From an uncultured Acidobacteriota bacterium (GTDB lineage Bacteria; Acidobacteriota; Thermoanaerobaculia; Gp7-AA8), in the NCBI GenBank assembly GCA_963822445.1, contig CAWGHO010000003.1, positions 1,024,001 to 1,088,000 on the forward strand: DNA of 64,000 bases. Reading direction: 5' to 3'. The position numbers were made by a program, and so were the translations under genes. Below are positions 37,890 through 47,329 of the stretch, one piece after another (position 1 is the first letter of the stretch; the number at the start of each line of letters is the position of its first letter). Below the pieces are notes generated by a model. It was not told the origin of the DNA. It searched no databases and worked only from the letters and a program-made list of their open reading frames with translations.

Positions 37890-39842
37890 TCAACGATACG
37901 ACAGGGCCCGCGTGCAGCGCAGCACTTCCGCGACGCTCCACGCCTGCGCCGCGCACCCTCGGGCCGTGAAAGGCTCCTCGGCATCGAACACCTCGCTGAT
38001 CGTGCCGATGCAGGCCTGGCCGAGGTGGGGCTCGAAGCCGGCCAGGAAGTGGCGGGCGCCTTCGAGATGATTCGGATGCAGCTTCACCCAGGCGTCGATG
38101 AACGGCCCGATCAGCCAGCCCCAGACCGTGCCCTGGTGATACGCGGCATCGCGCGCTCGCAGATCGCCGTCGTAGGCCGGCTTGTAATCGGGATGATTGC
38201 GAGCCAGCGAGCGCAGGCCGACCGGCGTCACCAGCTCACGTTCCACGGTCTCGATGACTGCGGCCCATCGCGAGCGATCGAGAACCGGATGATCGAGGGC
38301 AATGGAGAAGATCTGGTTCGGACGCAGCGCCGAATCATCGGGATCGAGGACGTCGTAAAGATGTTGACCTTCCTCGTACCAGAACCTGGCGTTGAATGAT
38401 TCGCGCACGCGATCGGCGAGCTCGCCCATCCGTTTCGAGACCGGATCGCCTTCCTCTTTCAGGAACGACTCGAGAATCCTCAGAGCGTTGTAGAAGAGCG
38501 CGTTGATCTCCACCGCCTTTCCGCGCCGTGGCGTGACCACCCAGCCGTCGACTTTCGCGTCCATCCAGGTGAGCTGATATCCGTCCGCCCCTTGCGCGAG
38601 CAGTCCGTCGTTTGGATCGACGTGGATGTTGAAGTGCGTGCCGCGCACGTGATGGTCGATGATCTCGATCATCTTCGGCAGCAGCTCGCGCATCGTGTCG
38701 CGGTCGTTCGTCCAGTCGACGTATCTCTTCACCGCGTGGAAGAACCACATCGTGGCATCGGCGGTGTGATAGAGCCCGCCGTGCTCGCCCTCCGGGAAGA
38801 GATTGGGAATCAGGCCGTCGCGGATGTACGACGCAAACGTGCGCAGGATGCTGCCGGCCTCGCGATGGCGCTTCGTGACCAGGGTCAGCCCCTCGAGGCT
38901 GATCATCGTGTCCCGGCCCCAGTCGGTGAACCAGTGATAGCCGGCGATGACGGTCCTTGGCGAATCGCCCGAGGCGGCGATGCGCGCTTCGTCGGCGGTG
39001 CGCGTGTGTGGGCGGATCAGGAACTGGTCCGCGGCGAGCACCAGCTGCGCGGAAAAATTGTCGTCCGCGGCGGCCACGGCCTTCTGCAGCATCTTCGTTC
39101 TGCGCGCGTGATCGGCCTCCAGCGCTTCGTCCGGGCCGAGGGCGTGAATCACGTCCCACTCCTCGACCGATGCGACGAGCGCCGCGGTTTGCCCGCGCGT
39201 CAGGTTCATGCGGATGATGCCCGGACTCCACAGCGGGCCGGCGTATTCGTAGCCGCGATCGCGCTCCAGGTGGTAGACGACCTGGTCGATGCGGCGGGGA
39301 TCTTCATCGAGCCGCGCGCCGTCGCCGATCAGCGCCAGTCGAAGCGGCGGGAACTGGTTCCGCTCGTCGATCTCGATGTTGGTTTCGTTGATGGTGACGC
39401 TGCAGCCGGGCGTGTCTTCGGTGAGAAGGCCTTCATGCGCGCGGAAGTTCACCGATGGGCGAAGGCTCAAGGGAATCGGCTCGCCGTCGACCAGGCGATA
39501 GAGGATGTAGGTCGAGTTCTGCCCGTACGGCATGATCACCCGCTTCTCGAAGCGCGATCCGCCCGCCGAATACCGCCAGACCGGCACACCGCATTCGAGC
39601 GCGAACTCTTCCAGCGTCAGGTCCTCCCCCTCGACGACCCACTCTTCGAGATGATTGAGCATCATCGTGCGGCCGAGGGGAGCGGGGAGGGCGGCGATGA
39701 GCTTTCCGTGAAAGCGGCGCGTGCATGCACCGCCGATGGTGCCCGACGCGTATCCGCCGAGTCCGTTCGTAACGAGCCATTCGCGCCGCAGCAGTTCCTC
39801 GGCAGGGTCGCCGCGTCGCCAACCAATCTGAATCGGATTCAT
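37890..39842 (-). CDS. Amylo-alpha-1,6-glucosidase / glycogen debranching enzyme
   Basis: EWLVTNGLGGYASGT, IAGYHWFTDWGRDTMISLEG, QLTWMDAK, AYHQGTVW, AQAWSVAE. Confidence 0.95.
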   Translation of the reverse strand: MNPIQIGWRRGDPAEELLRREWLVTNGLGGYASGTIGGACTRRFHGKLIAALPAPLGRTMMLNHLEEWVVEGEDLTLEEFALECGVPVWRYSAGGSRFEKRVIMPYGQNSTYILYRLVDGEPIPLSLRPSVNFRAHEGLLTEDTPGCSVTINETNIEIDERNQFPPLRLALIGDGARLDEDPRRIDQVVYHLERDRGYEYAGPLWSPGIIRMNLTRGQTAALVASVEEWDVIHALGPDEALEADHARRTKMLQKAVAAADDNFSAQLVLAADQFLIRPHTRTADEARIAASGDSPRTVIAGYHWFTDWGRDTMISLEGLTLVTKRHREAGSILRTFASYIRDGLIPNLFPEGEHGGLYHTADATMWFFHAVKRYVDWTNDRDTMRELLPKMIEIIDHHVRGTHFNIHVDPNDGLLAQGADGYQLTWMDAKVDGWVVTPRRGKAVEINALFYNALRILESFLKEEGDPVSKRMGELADRVRESFNARFWYEEGQHLYDVLDPDDSALRPNQIFSIALDHPVLDRSRWAAVIETVERELVTPVGLRSLARNHPDYKPAYDGDLRARDAAYHQGTVWGWLIGPFIDAWVKLHPNHLEGARHFLAGFEPHLGQACIGTISEVFDAEEPFTARGCAAQAWSVAEVLRCTRALSYR

Positions 39843-39930
39843 CGCGCGGGCATTTGTGCGTATCGCGTGCCGTCCATGGCGGGCAGATCCTTCGCGCACG
39901 ATCTGAGAAAGGAAGGCCCGCACGCGGCGA

Positions 39931-40548
39931 TCAAAGGTGCTGTTCGATATCTGGAGTAAAGATCCGCAAGATGTCACCGCGGCGGAGGCCGGCGTTCTTG
40001 TGGCCCATGTCTCTGCGGATCGCAAAGAACAGCTTCTCCATTTCGAAGACAAGCGCGTTCGGTTCACCGTCGTTCATGGAGAACTTCCACTTCGCGTACT
40101 GGAGCAGAACCTCGTCCGAACCCCAGACGATGACGCGCTGGGTGAAGCGGTTGAAGAAGTCGATCCCCTCGGCTTCCGTCGGGACCTTGTGAGGCATCGC
40201 CGCTCTGAACGCGTGGCTAAAAACAAACCGGAGGAGGTCCTCGTAGATCTCCGCCTTATTGCCGCGTTGTGCTTGCTCGATCTCACGCTTGCGGTCGAAA
40301 TACTTGGAGAGCAAAACGGAGACAATCGAAACGATGACTGCGACGAAGCCGGCGATGATCGCGGTAGCGACTTCTCGCTGAAGCGTGGAAAACCAACCGA
40401 GAACGAACCAGCCGGCCAGTATCACCGCACCCGCGATGACGATCAGGCTCGTCAATCCGAGCGCGATACTCCAGCGCACGGGAGTGACCGAGGAGCGGAC
40501 GGATTCAGGTTCTATCGTCACAGTACAGTGGCCGGCCAGTGTACTCAT
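39931..40548 (-). CDS. Hypothetical membrane protein
   Basis: Two TM helices then a helical domain (KAEIYE..., AIRRDMGH); start uncertain. Confidence 0.7.
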   Translation of the reverse strand: MSTLAGHCTVTIEPESVRSSVTPVRWSIALGLTSLIVIAGAVILAGWFVLGWFSTLQREVATAIIAGFVAVIVSIVSVLLSKYFDRKREIEQAQRGNKAEIYEDLLRFVFSHAFRAAMPHKVPTEAEGIDFFNRFTQRVIVWGSDEVLLQYAKWKFSMNDGEPNALVFEMEKLFFAIRRDMGHKNAGLRRGDILRIFTPDIEQHL

Positions 40549-40620
40549 CCAACTTCGAGTGAGGCGTGAAGGCAGGATGCATTGCCGTCGTAATTGCCGT
40601 GGTGGATCGTATCGCGTGCC

Positions 40621-40935
40621 TTACTTCTTCGCCCACCGCTTCATCGCCGTCTGCAGCGTGATTCCGCGCACGAACTCCTGCTTCACGTAGGTCCCTTTGT
40701 CGAAGCGGTAGACCGTTACGCCGGTCGGCTCTTCGACGAAGAATCGCGTGCCCGTGGCGGTCGCTCTGAACGTGACCTGACGCGCTCCGTCGCGGGAAAA
40801 CGAGCGGAGGAAAAGAGCGACGGAGTGGGGGACGACGTCCGGCGCGTTGGGCGGCGGCAAGGCCTTTTTCTTGGGCGATGCGGCGACCATAGTCAGGGCG
40901 AGAAGGATCACGGTGAGACCTGCCAGTCTGCGCAT
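40621..40935 (-). CDS. Secreted hypothetical protein
   Basis: Signal MRRLAGLTVILLALTMVAA; TACAAT 6 nt before the ATG. Confidence 0.75.
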   Translation of the reverse strand: MRRLAGLTVILLALTMVAASPKKKALPPPNAPDVVPHSVALFLRSFSRDGARQVTFRATATGTRFFVEEPTGVTVYRFDKGTYVKQEFVRGITLQTAMKRWAKK

Positions 40936-40979
40936 GCCGCGATTGTATCGATGGCAGCTCATGTGCACCTCCGACCCTC

Positions 40980-41267
40980 ATGCCGAAAGATCAGAAAGAG
41001 CCGCAGAGCTACGGAAGCGGACCCGATTGGGTGACCGGGAAAACCGGGCAGGAGGTCAACGATCAGGACTCTCCCGGTGTGGTGCAGGCCTCCGGCCTGC
41101 CTCCGGAAAACGCAGGCGGGACGCCTGCACCACACCAGGGCGACGAGGAAAGCGTCGCCCACCCCACGATCACCGCAACCGGTTCCCACGCTCCCGTGAC
41201 CGGTGTGACCGCGGCCGAGGGCGGAACGAAGACCGATGGGTACTTCCGGAAGCGCGACTACGAATAG
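40980..41267 (+). CDS. Small hydrophilic hypothetical protein containing an in-frame REP
   Basis: Fills the gap; non-random termini (YGSGPDWVTGKTGQ, GYFRKRDYE). Confidence 0.7.
   Translation: MPKDQKEPQSYGSGPDWVTGKTGQEVNDQDSPGVVQASGLPPENAGGTPAPHQGDEESVAHPTITATGSHAPVTGVTAAEGGTKTDGYFRKRDYE
41076..41136. repeat. REP doublet inside CDS
   Basis: GGTGTGGTGCAGG...CCTGCACCACACC, perfect 13-bp inverted ends with two internal hairpins. Confidence 0.8.
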
Positions 41268-41402
41268 AGACTTATTTGTGATCGCGGCTACACGGCGCCG
41301 CGCTTAAGGCGTTACCATCGTTCCATTCCACCGGACCTCTCGCGCCTCCTGACAGCCACTTACTCAGCGAATGCCCTGTCATTCGCGACGCTGTTCGTCT
41401 CG

Positions 41403-44400
41403 GTGGCCATCCTCCTCCTCGGCCTTGGCGCACTCGTCCGTGGCCGCAAGATCGCGGCGAGCCGGCTCTTCTTCCTCATCACCCTGACCGCCGCCGGTTG
41501 GCTTGCTGCCTTCGCGGCGATGTATGCCGCCGGTGACGCGGCAACCGCGCTCACCCTCGGCCGCCTCGGATTCTTCTTCGGGGCCATGGTCCCCGCGGCC
41601 GTTTTCCACTTTGCGACCGAGGTCGTGGGGCGGCGGCGGCACTACCGGCCTTCGATCGTGCTGTTCTGGCTCGGGTGCGCGGGCGTGGGCATCGTCGGTC
41701 TGACGACAGATGCGGTCATCGGCAACGTGCGCCGCTACGCGTGGGGCTCTTACGTGATGGGCCGACCGTTCGGCGGACTGGTCGTCCTCGGATTCGTGGC
41801 CATCCTCATCGCCAGCGTCCATCTCTTCTGGCGTGCCTATCGGAACGCGGAAGGGAACGCGAGGGAGCGCGCCCTCACGCTGCTGCTGGCGTTCCTTCTC
41901 GGGCTGCTGGCCATGTTCGATTACCTGCCGTCGGTCGGCGTCGATCTGCAGCCGATCGGCTTCGTGGCCGCGCTGGGATTCTTCGTCGTTGCCGCGACCG
42001 CGGTCTGGCGATTCGAGAGTGCCGACATCACGCCCGAATTCGCGGCCGGTCAGATCCTCGAGACGATGAAAGGCGCGGTCATCGTCGCGGACATGTCCGG
42101 CACCATTCGCGTCGTCAATCGCGCCGCGGTGAATCTACTCGGCTATGAACCGGAACAACTCCGCGGCACGCACGTGCGGACCATCCTTCCGCCGGCGCAG
42201 AACCTCACCACCGGCCAGCTTCTGAACAGTCTGGGCGTGCTCGAGCACTCGATGGTCTGGCGCGCCGCCGATGGCTCGAGCGTCGACGTCCTGGCGGCGT
42301 CGTCCTTCCTGCGCGATGACGATGGAGCGGCCGTGGCCGTCGTCTACATCGCCAGCGACTACACCGAGCGCAAACGCGCCGAACAGGCCCTGCGCGAGAG
42401 CGAGCACCGCTATCGCACGCTCTTCGAGATGAACCCGCTGCCGATGTGGGTCTACGACTTCGAAACGCTGCAATTCACGGCGGTCAACGACGCCGCGCTT
42501 CGCCATTACGGCTACACCCGCGACGAGTTCCTGCAGATGAAGATCACCGACATCCGTCCGCAGGAGGACATCCCGCGCGTGATGGAAGCGTTGCGCGACC
42601 TCGGTGAGCGTCGCGGACCGCACCCGTTCCGTCATCGCAAGAAAGACGGAACGATCTTCGACGCCGAGATCACGTCCTTCGAGTTCCTGTCGGGAAGCCG
42701 GCGGGCGCGACTGGTCATCGCCCAGGACGTCACCGAGCGCAATCGCGCCGAAGACGAGTTGCGCCGCAGCGAGGAGCGTTATCGCGAGCTGTTCGAGAAC
42801 GCGAACGACATCGTCTACACGCACGACCTGCACGGGATCGTCACCTCGATGAACGTGGCCGGCGAGCGGATGACCGGCTATTCGCGCGACGAGGTCCTCG
42901 GCCGTCCGATCTCCGATTTCGTCGCGCCGGAGCAACGCGAGCGCGGACGCGACGCGATGGCTCGCAAGGTTCGCGGCGAGGTCACGGCGACGTTTTACGA
43001 GATCGAGATCACCCGCAAGGACGGTCGCCGCATTCCGCTGGAAGTGGGAACGCGGCTGATTTACGAGGACGGCGTTCCGGTCGCGATCCAGGGCATCGGC
43101 CGCGACATCAGCGAACGCAAGGAAAGCGAGGCCCGCTTCCGCCTGCTGTTCGAGCGCAACCTCGCCGGCGTCTATCGAACCACCACCGACGGGCGCATCC
43201 TGGACTGCAACGAAGCGTGTGCACGCATCTTCGGCTACGACTTCCGCGAGGAGTTCCTTGGCCTCGACGCGGCGGACTTCTATTTCGACGATCGCGAGCG
43301 CGACCGGGTCGTGCAGATGCTCAACGACCAGCGCTCGATCAGCAACATGGAGTTGCGCCTCCGGCGGCGCGACGGATCGACGGTGTGGGTCCTCGAGAAC
43401 GTGAACCTCCTCGATCACGGCGTGATGGAGGGGACCATCATCGACATCACCGATCGCAAGCACGCCCAGGAGCAGATGGAGTATCAGGCGTATCACGACG
43501 CGCTGACCTCACTGCCGAACCGGCTGCTGTTCCGCGATCGCATCACCGTCGCGCAGGCACACGCGCGGCGCAATGCCCGCACGATTGCGGTGATGTTCCT
43601 CGACCTCGATCAATTCAAGCTCGTCAACGACACCCTCGGCCACACGGTCGGGGACGGGCTTCTGCAGTCGATCGCCTCACGCCTCGTGAATTGCGTTCGT
43701 GCGGAAGACACGGTCGCACGCATGGGCGGCGACGAGTTCACGATCCTTCTTGCTGACCTGAACGATCGCCGCGGTGCGGCGGCGGTCGCGCAGAAGATCC
43801 TCGATGCCGTGCGTCATCCGGTTCGCGTCGACGAACATGAGCTGTACGTGACCACGTCGATCGGAATCGCGATCTTCCCTGACGATGGTGACGATGCCGA
43901 GACGCTGCTCAAGAACGCGGACCGGGCGATGTATCGCGCGAAAGAGCTCGGCCGCGACAACTATCAATACGCGACCGCGGCGAACCTCGACGGCACCGAC
44001 TCGCGCCTGACGCTGGAGCGCGATCTGCGCCGTGGTCTCGAGCGCAACGAGCTGGTCGTGCATTACCACCCGATGATCGACATCGCCAGCGGCCGCGTCG
44101 TCGGTGCGGAAGCGCTGGTGCGCTGGAACCATCCCGAGCATGGGCTGATGCAGCCGGAAGAGTTCATCCCCATCGCCGAGGAGACTCAGCTCATCGTGCC
44201 GCTCGGCGCGTGGGTGCTGCGCACGGCGTGCAAACAGATGAAGGCGTGGCACGACGCGGGGCACCCCCGGCTACGTGTTGCCGTAAATCTCTCGCCGCGG
44301 CAATTTCAGGATCGCAATCTCGTCGCGACCGTCGAAGGCATTCTCGCGGAGACAGGATTCCCGGCCCCGTTGCTCGATCTGGAGATCACCGAGTCGACGG

Positions 44401-44816
44401 CGATGCAGAACGCGGAGCTTTCACTGGCGATCCTGAACCGGCTCAAGGAGATGGGAATCCGCATCTCCATCGACGACTTCGGCACCGGCTACTCGTCGCT
44501 CAGTTACCTCAAGCGGTTCCCGATCGACACGGTGAAGATCGATCAGGATTTCGTGCGCGACCTCACCAGCGACGACGCGGCGATCATCATCGCCGTCATC
44601 TCCATGGCTCGCGCGCTGAACCTGCGCGTGGTCGCGGAAGGGGTGGAGACGCAGGAACAACTCGACTTCCTGCGGCGCGAAAACTGCGCGGAAATGCAGG
44701 GATTTCTCTACAGCCATCCGCTCTCCGCCGCCGAATTCGAAAAGGATCTGCAGGGCAATCCGAACGGTGTGTCGGGACGTCCAGCACCGCGCCGGTCGAG
44801 GTTGACAGTCGAGTGA
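41403..44816 (+). CDS. 7TM + four PAS + GGDEF + EAL c-di-GMP signalling protein
   Basis: TM N-terminus; four PAS/PAC units (the last three ending DIT/DVTER-like); RMGGDEF; AEALVRW; DDFGTGYSS; true start may be slightly upstream. Confidence 0.95.
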   Translation: MAILLLGLGALVRGRKIAASRLFFLITLTAAGWLAAFAAMYAAGDAATALTLGRLGFFFGAMVPAAVFHFATEVVGRRRHYRPSIVLFWLGCAGVGIVGLTTDAVIGNVRRYAWGSYVMGRPFGGLVVLGFVAILIASVHLFWRAYRNAEGNARERALTLLLAFLLGLLAMFDYLPSVGVDLQPIGFVAALGFFVVAATAVWRFESADITPEFAAGQILETMKGAVIVADMSGTIRVVNRAAVNLLGYEPEQLRGTHVRTILPPAQNLTTGQLLNSLGVLEHSMVWRAADGSSVDVLAASSFLRDDDGAAVAVVYIASDYTERKRAEQALRESEHRYRTLFEMNPLPMWVYDFETLQFTAVNDAALRHYGYTRDEFLQMKITDIRPQEDIPRVMEALRDLGERRGPHPFRHRKKDGTIFDAEITSFEFLSGSRRARLVIAQDVTERNRAEDELRRSEERYRELFENANDIVYTHDLHGIVTSMNVAGERMTGYSRDEVLGRPISDFVAPEQRERGRDAMARKVRGEVTATFYEIEITRKDGRRIPLEVGTRLIYEDGVPVAIQGIGRDISERKESEARFRLLFERNLAGVYRTTTDGRILDCNEACARIFGYDFREEFLGLDAADFYFDDRERDRVVQMLNDQRSISNMELRLRRRDGSTVWVLENVNLLDHGVMEGTIIDITDRKHAQEQMEYQAYHDALTSLPNRLLFRDRITVAQAHARRNARTIAVMFLDLDQFKLVNDTLGHTVGDGLLQSIASRLVNCVRAEDTVARMGGDEFTILLADLNDRRGAAAVAQKILDAVRHPVRVDEHELYVTTSIGIAIFPDDGDDAETLLKNADRAMYRAKELGRDNYQYATAANLDGTDSRLTLERDLRRGLERNELVVHYHPMIDIASGRVVGAEALVRWNHPEHGLMQPEEFIPIAEETQLIVPLGAWVLRTACKQMKAWHDAGHPRLRVAVNLSPRQFQDRNLVATVEGILAETGFPAPLLDLEITESTAMQNAELSLAILNRLKEMGIRISIDDFGTGYSSLSYLKRFPIDTVKIDQDFVRDLTSDDAAIIIAVISMARALNLRVVAEGVETQEQLDFLRRENCAEMQGFLYSHPLSAAEFEKDLQGNPNGVSGRPAPRRSRLTVE

Positions 44817-44858
44817 CCGCGGTGCAGTATCCGCGACTCTGGTAGCGGAACCGAGGAT

Positions 44859-45311
44859 ATGAACGAGCCGCACAGCCGCGTACTGATCGTCGACGACGAC
44901 CCCCAGGTCCGCAGCATCCTCGCCACGGCACTCGCTCAGAAATCGCTGAGCGTCGACCAGGCCACCAACGGCCGCGAGGCCATCGAGATGCTTCACGAGC
45001 ACACCTACGCCGCGGTGCTGCTCGACCTGATGATGCCGCACGTCGACGGCTTCGGCGTGCTCGACGCGATCAAGACCGACCTTCCCGATCCGCCGGTCGT
45101 GCTCATCGTGACCGGTGCGTCGCGCGAGCTCATCGAACGGCTCGATACGCAACGCATTCACGGCGTGGTGCGCAAGCCGTTCGATCCTCTCGAGGTCGCG
45201 TCGATCGTTGCCGCGATCGCCGACGTCCGCGGCCGGAGCTCGTTCGAGACGATGGCAATCGCCACGGTGATGTCGGGTGGGGCGCTGATCACCTGGCTGC
45301 GCGGGTTTTGA
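44859..45311 (+). CDS. Single-domain response regulator with hydrophobic C-terminal tail
   Basis: VLIVDDD, LLDLMMPHVDG, KPF. Confidence 0.9.
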   Translation: MNEPHSRVLIVDDDPQVRSILATALAQKSLSVDQATNGREAIEMLHEHTYAAVLLDLMMPHVDGFGVLDAIKTDLPDPPVVLIVTGASRELIERLDTQRIHGVVRKPFDPLEVASIVAAIADVRGRSSFETMAIATVMSGGALITWLRGF

Positions 45312-45749
45312 TCAAAACAACAGATCCGCGAGCATCAGGATCACGCCGGCGGTGAGAAGTGGTTTCAGCCCGCCGTTGTCTCCCTCACCGGCGCACGCCT
45401 TCACCGCGTTGAGGAGAACCTCCACGTCGAACGGTTTGGCGACGACGCCGCAGATCGGATATGTGCGGACGCGCTGCAGTTGCCGCTCGGTCAGCGAGGC
45501 CGTGACCACGAGGATGCGCTCGAGCATTTCCGGCCGCTGGGCCTGAGCGAAATCGAGCACGTCGTAACCATCGGAGCGGGGCATGAGCAGGTCGAGAAGA
45601 ACGGCCGCATACCGCCGGCTGGTGAGCTTCGCGATTGCTTCGGCGCCGTCGTGCGCGACCTCGACGATGAAGTCATTGCGGAGCAGCGCGATGAGAAGCG
45701 TGCAGGTCGCCTCGTTGTCGTCCGCGATCAGAACGAAAGGTTTTTCCAC
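45312..45749 (-). CDS. Single-domain response regulator with hydrophobic C-terminal tail
   Basis: VLIADDN, LLDLLMPRSDG, KPF. Confidence 0.9.
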   Translation of the reverse strand: MEKPFVLIADDNEATCTLLIALLRNDFIVEVAHDGAEAIAKLTSRRYAAVLLDLLMPRSDGYDVLDFAQAQRPEMLERILVVTASLTERQLQRVRTYPICGVVAKPFDVEVLLNAVKACAGEGDNGGLKPLLTAGVILMLADLLF

Positions 45750-45827
45750 TCTGGCTCGGTCTCCGGTTTGGACGATGGCCGCGATTGTAACCTATACTTT
45801 CGCTCCCTCTGAACGGACCCTCCGCGC

Positions 45828-47006
45828 GTGCCACCTCGCTATCCAAAAGACGAAGAGCACACCTACAAAAGGCACAAGAAGGACCTCGAGAAACGCCTTC
45901 CTCCTGATCAGTTGAAAGAGCGGAAGCGCGCCGGAAAACTGCGCCGCGCCTTCCGCAAAGACGAAGGTGAGGTGCGCGAGCACCGCATCACCGAAGACAA
46001 CTGGGAGTCGCTGCTCGACAAGCATGGCCACAGCCCGAAGCGGCCGCTCTTGTCGACGCTGGTCGAAGAGCTTCGCGTCGGTGAGCCGGTCTTCACCGAT
46101 GAAGACCGCGCCGGCAGCGCCATCGTCATCAGCGTGGCCAGCGGACGATGCCGGGTGTTCCTCGAAGGTCAAGAACTTGACTGCCTGATTCCGAAGGAAC
46201 TGGCCCTGCTCCAGAAAAGCTCGCTGACGGTCGGCGACCGCGTGCGGGTCTTCGACGATGGCGGCATCTGGAAGCTGCAGAACGTGCTGCCGCGGCACAG
46301 CGTGCTCGCGCGTCCCGATCCGCTGCACAAGCACATGCAGCGGCTCATCGCGGCCAACGTCGACGTCGTCATTCACGTCGTTTCCGTGAAAGCGCCGCCG
46401 CTTCGCCCGCGACTGATCGATCGCTTTCTGATCGCCATTCAGCGCGGCGGCGCGCATCCCGTCATCTGCGTCAACAAGGTCGACCTGCTCAGCAGAGAGG
46501 AACGCGACGCCGAAATCATCAAGCTCGCCCCCTACCTCGACCTCGGCGTCCCGGTCATCGGCTGTTCGTCGAAAACGGGCGAGGGACTCGAGCAACTGCG
46601 CGCCGAGGTGGAAGGGAAGATGGCCGCGCTGGTCGGCCACAGCGGCGTCGGCAAGTCGTCGATCCTCAACGCGCTCGATACGACGTTGCAGCTCGCCACG
46701 CGAACCTTGCACAAGCGGGGGACGGGGAGACACACGACCACGGCGTCGACGCTCTACGACTTCGGCGGCGGGACGTACCTGATCGATACGCCCGGCATCC
46801 GCGAGTTCGGTCTCTGGGATCTCGATCGCGACGCGCTGCGCGATTACTTCCCGGAGTTCGAAGAGCCGATGGAGCTCTGCCGCTTCACCGACTGCACGCA
46901 CATCCACGAGCCCGACTGCGAGGTGAAGGATCGTGTCGAGAGCGGGGATCTGAGCGCGGCGCGGTACGAGACGTACGTGCGGCTCTGGCAGGATCTGGAC
47001 TCGTAG
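45828..47006 (+). CDS. rsgA: Ribosome small subunit-dependent GTPase A
   Basis: NKVD, GHSGVGKSS, GRHTTT, DTPG, CRFTDCTHIHEPDC zinc finger. Confidence 0.95.
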   Translation: MPPRYPKDEEHTYKRHKKDLEKRLPPDQLKERKRAGKLRRAFRKDEGEVREHRITEDNWESLLDKHGHSPKRPLLSTLVEELRVGEPVFTDEDRAGSAIVISVASGRCRVFLEGQELDCLIPKELALLQKSSLTVGDRVRVFDDGGIWKLQNVLPRHSVLARPDPLHKHMQRLIAANVDVVIHVVSVKAPPLRPRLIDRFLIAIQRGGAHPVICVNKVDLLSREERDAEIIKLAPYLDLGVPVIGCSSKTGEGLEQLRAEVEGKMAALVGHSGVGKSSILNALDTTLQLATRTLHKRGTGRHTTTASTLYDFGGGTYLIDTPGIREFGLWDLDRDALRDYFPEFEEPMELCRFTDCTHIHEPDCEVKDRVESGDLSAARYETYVRLWQDLDS

Positions 47007-47140
47007 ACGCCCGCTTGTGCAGTTTTCTGCACGACGTTATCTGCGCCAGGGGGTGGCATTCGTGCAGGATCCGTCACACCACCAGATAGAGGGCGCCCTC
47101 CCAACATTCGATCCGGCCGCAGGCCGGACTAGGAGGGCTT

Positions 47141-47329
47141 ATGCGTGGTCTGAGCAGGAGAGTGGGACGCGTTCTGGTCGTGGTGTCGGTGGCCGCTTTG
47201 CTCGCGGTGCCGGCGGAGGCAAGGCCACCGCGGGGTGACGACGGGTGGGTACCGAAGATCGTCGTGAAGATGCTCAAGAAACTGGGCCTCGGCACGCACG
47301 GCGACATGATCACCATCCCGCGACCGTAA
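47141..47329 (+). CDS. Small secreted peptide precursor (62 aa)
   Basis: AGGAGG RBS; signal peptide ending AEA; amphipathic VPKIVVKMLKKLGL; C-terminus DMITIPRP; stop abuts the convergent TPR gene stop. Confidence 0.75.
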   Translation: MRGLSRRVGRVLVVVSVAALLAVPAEARPPRGDDGWVPKIVVKMLKKLGLGTHGDMITIPRP

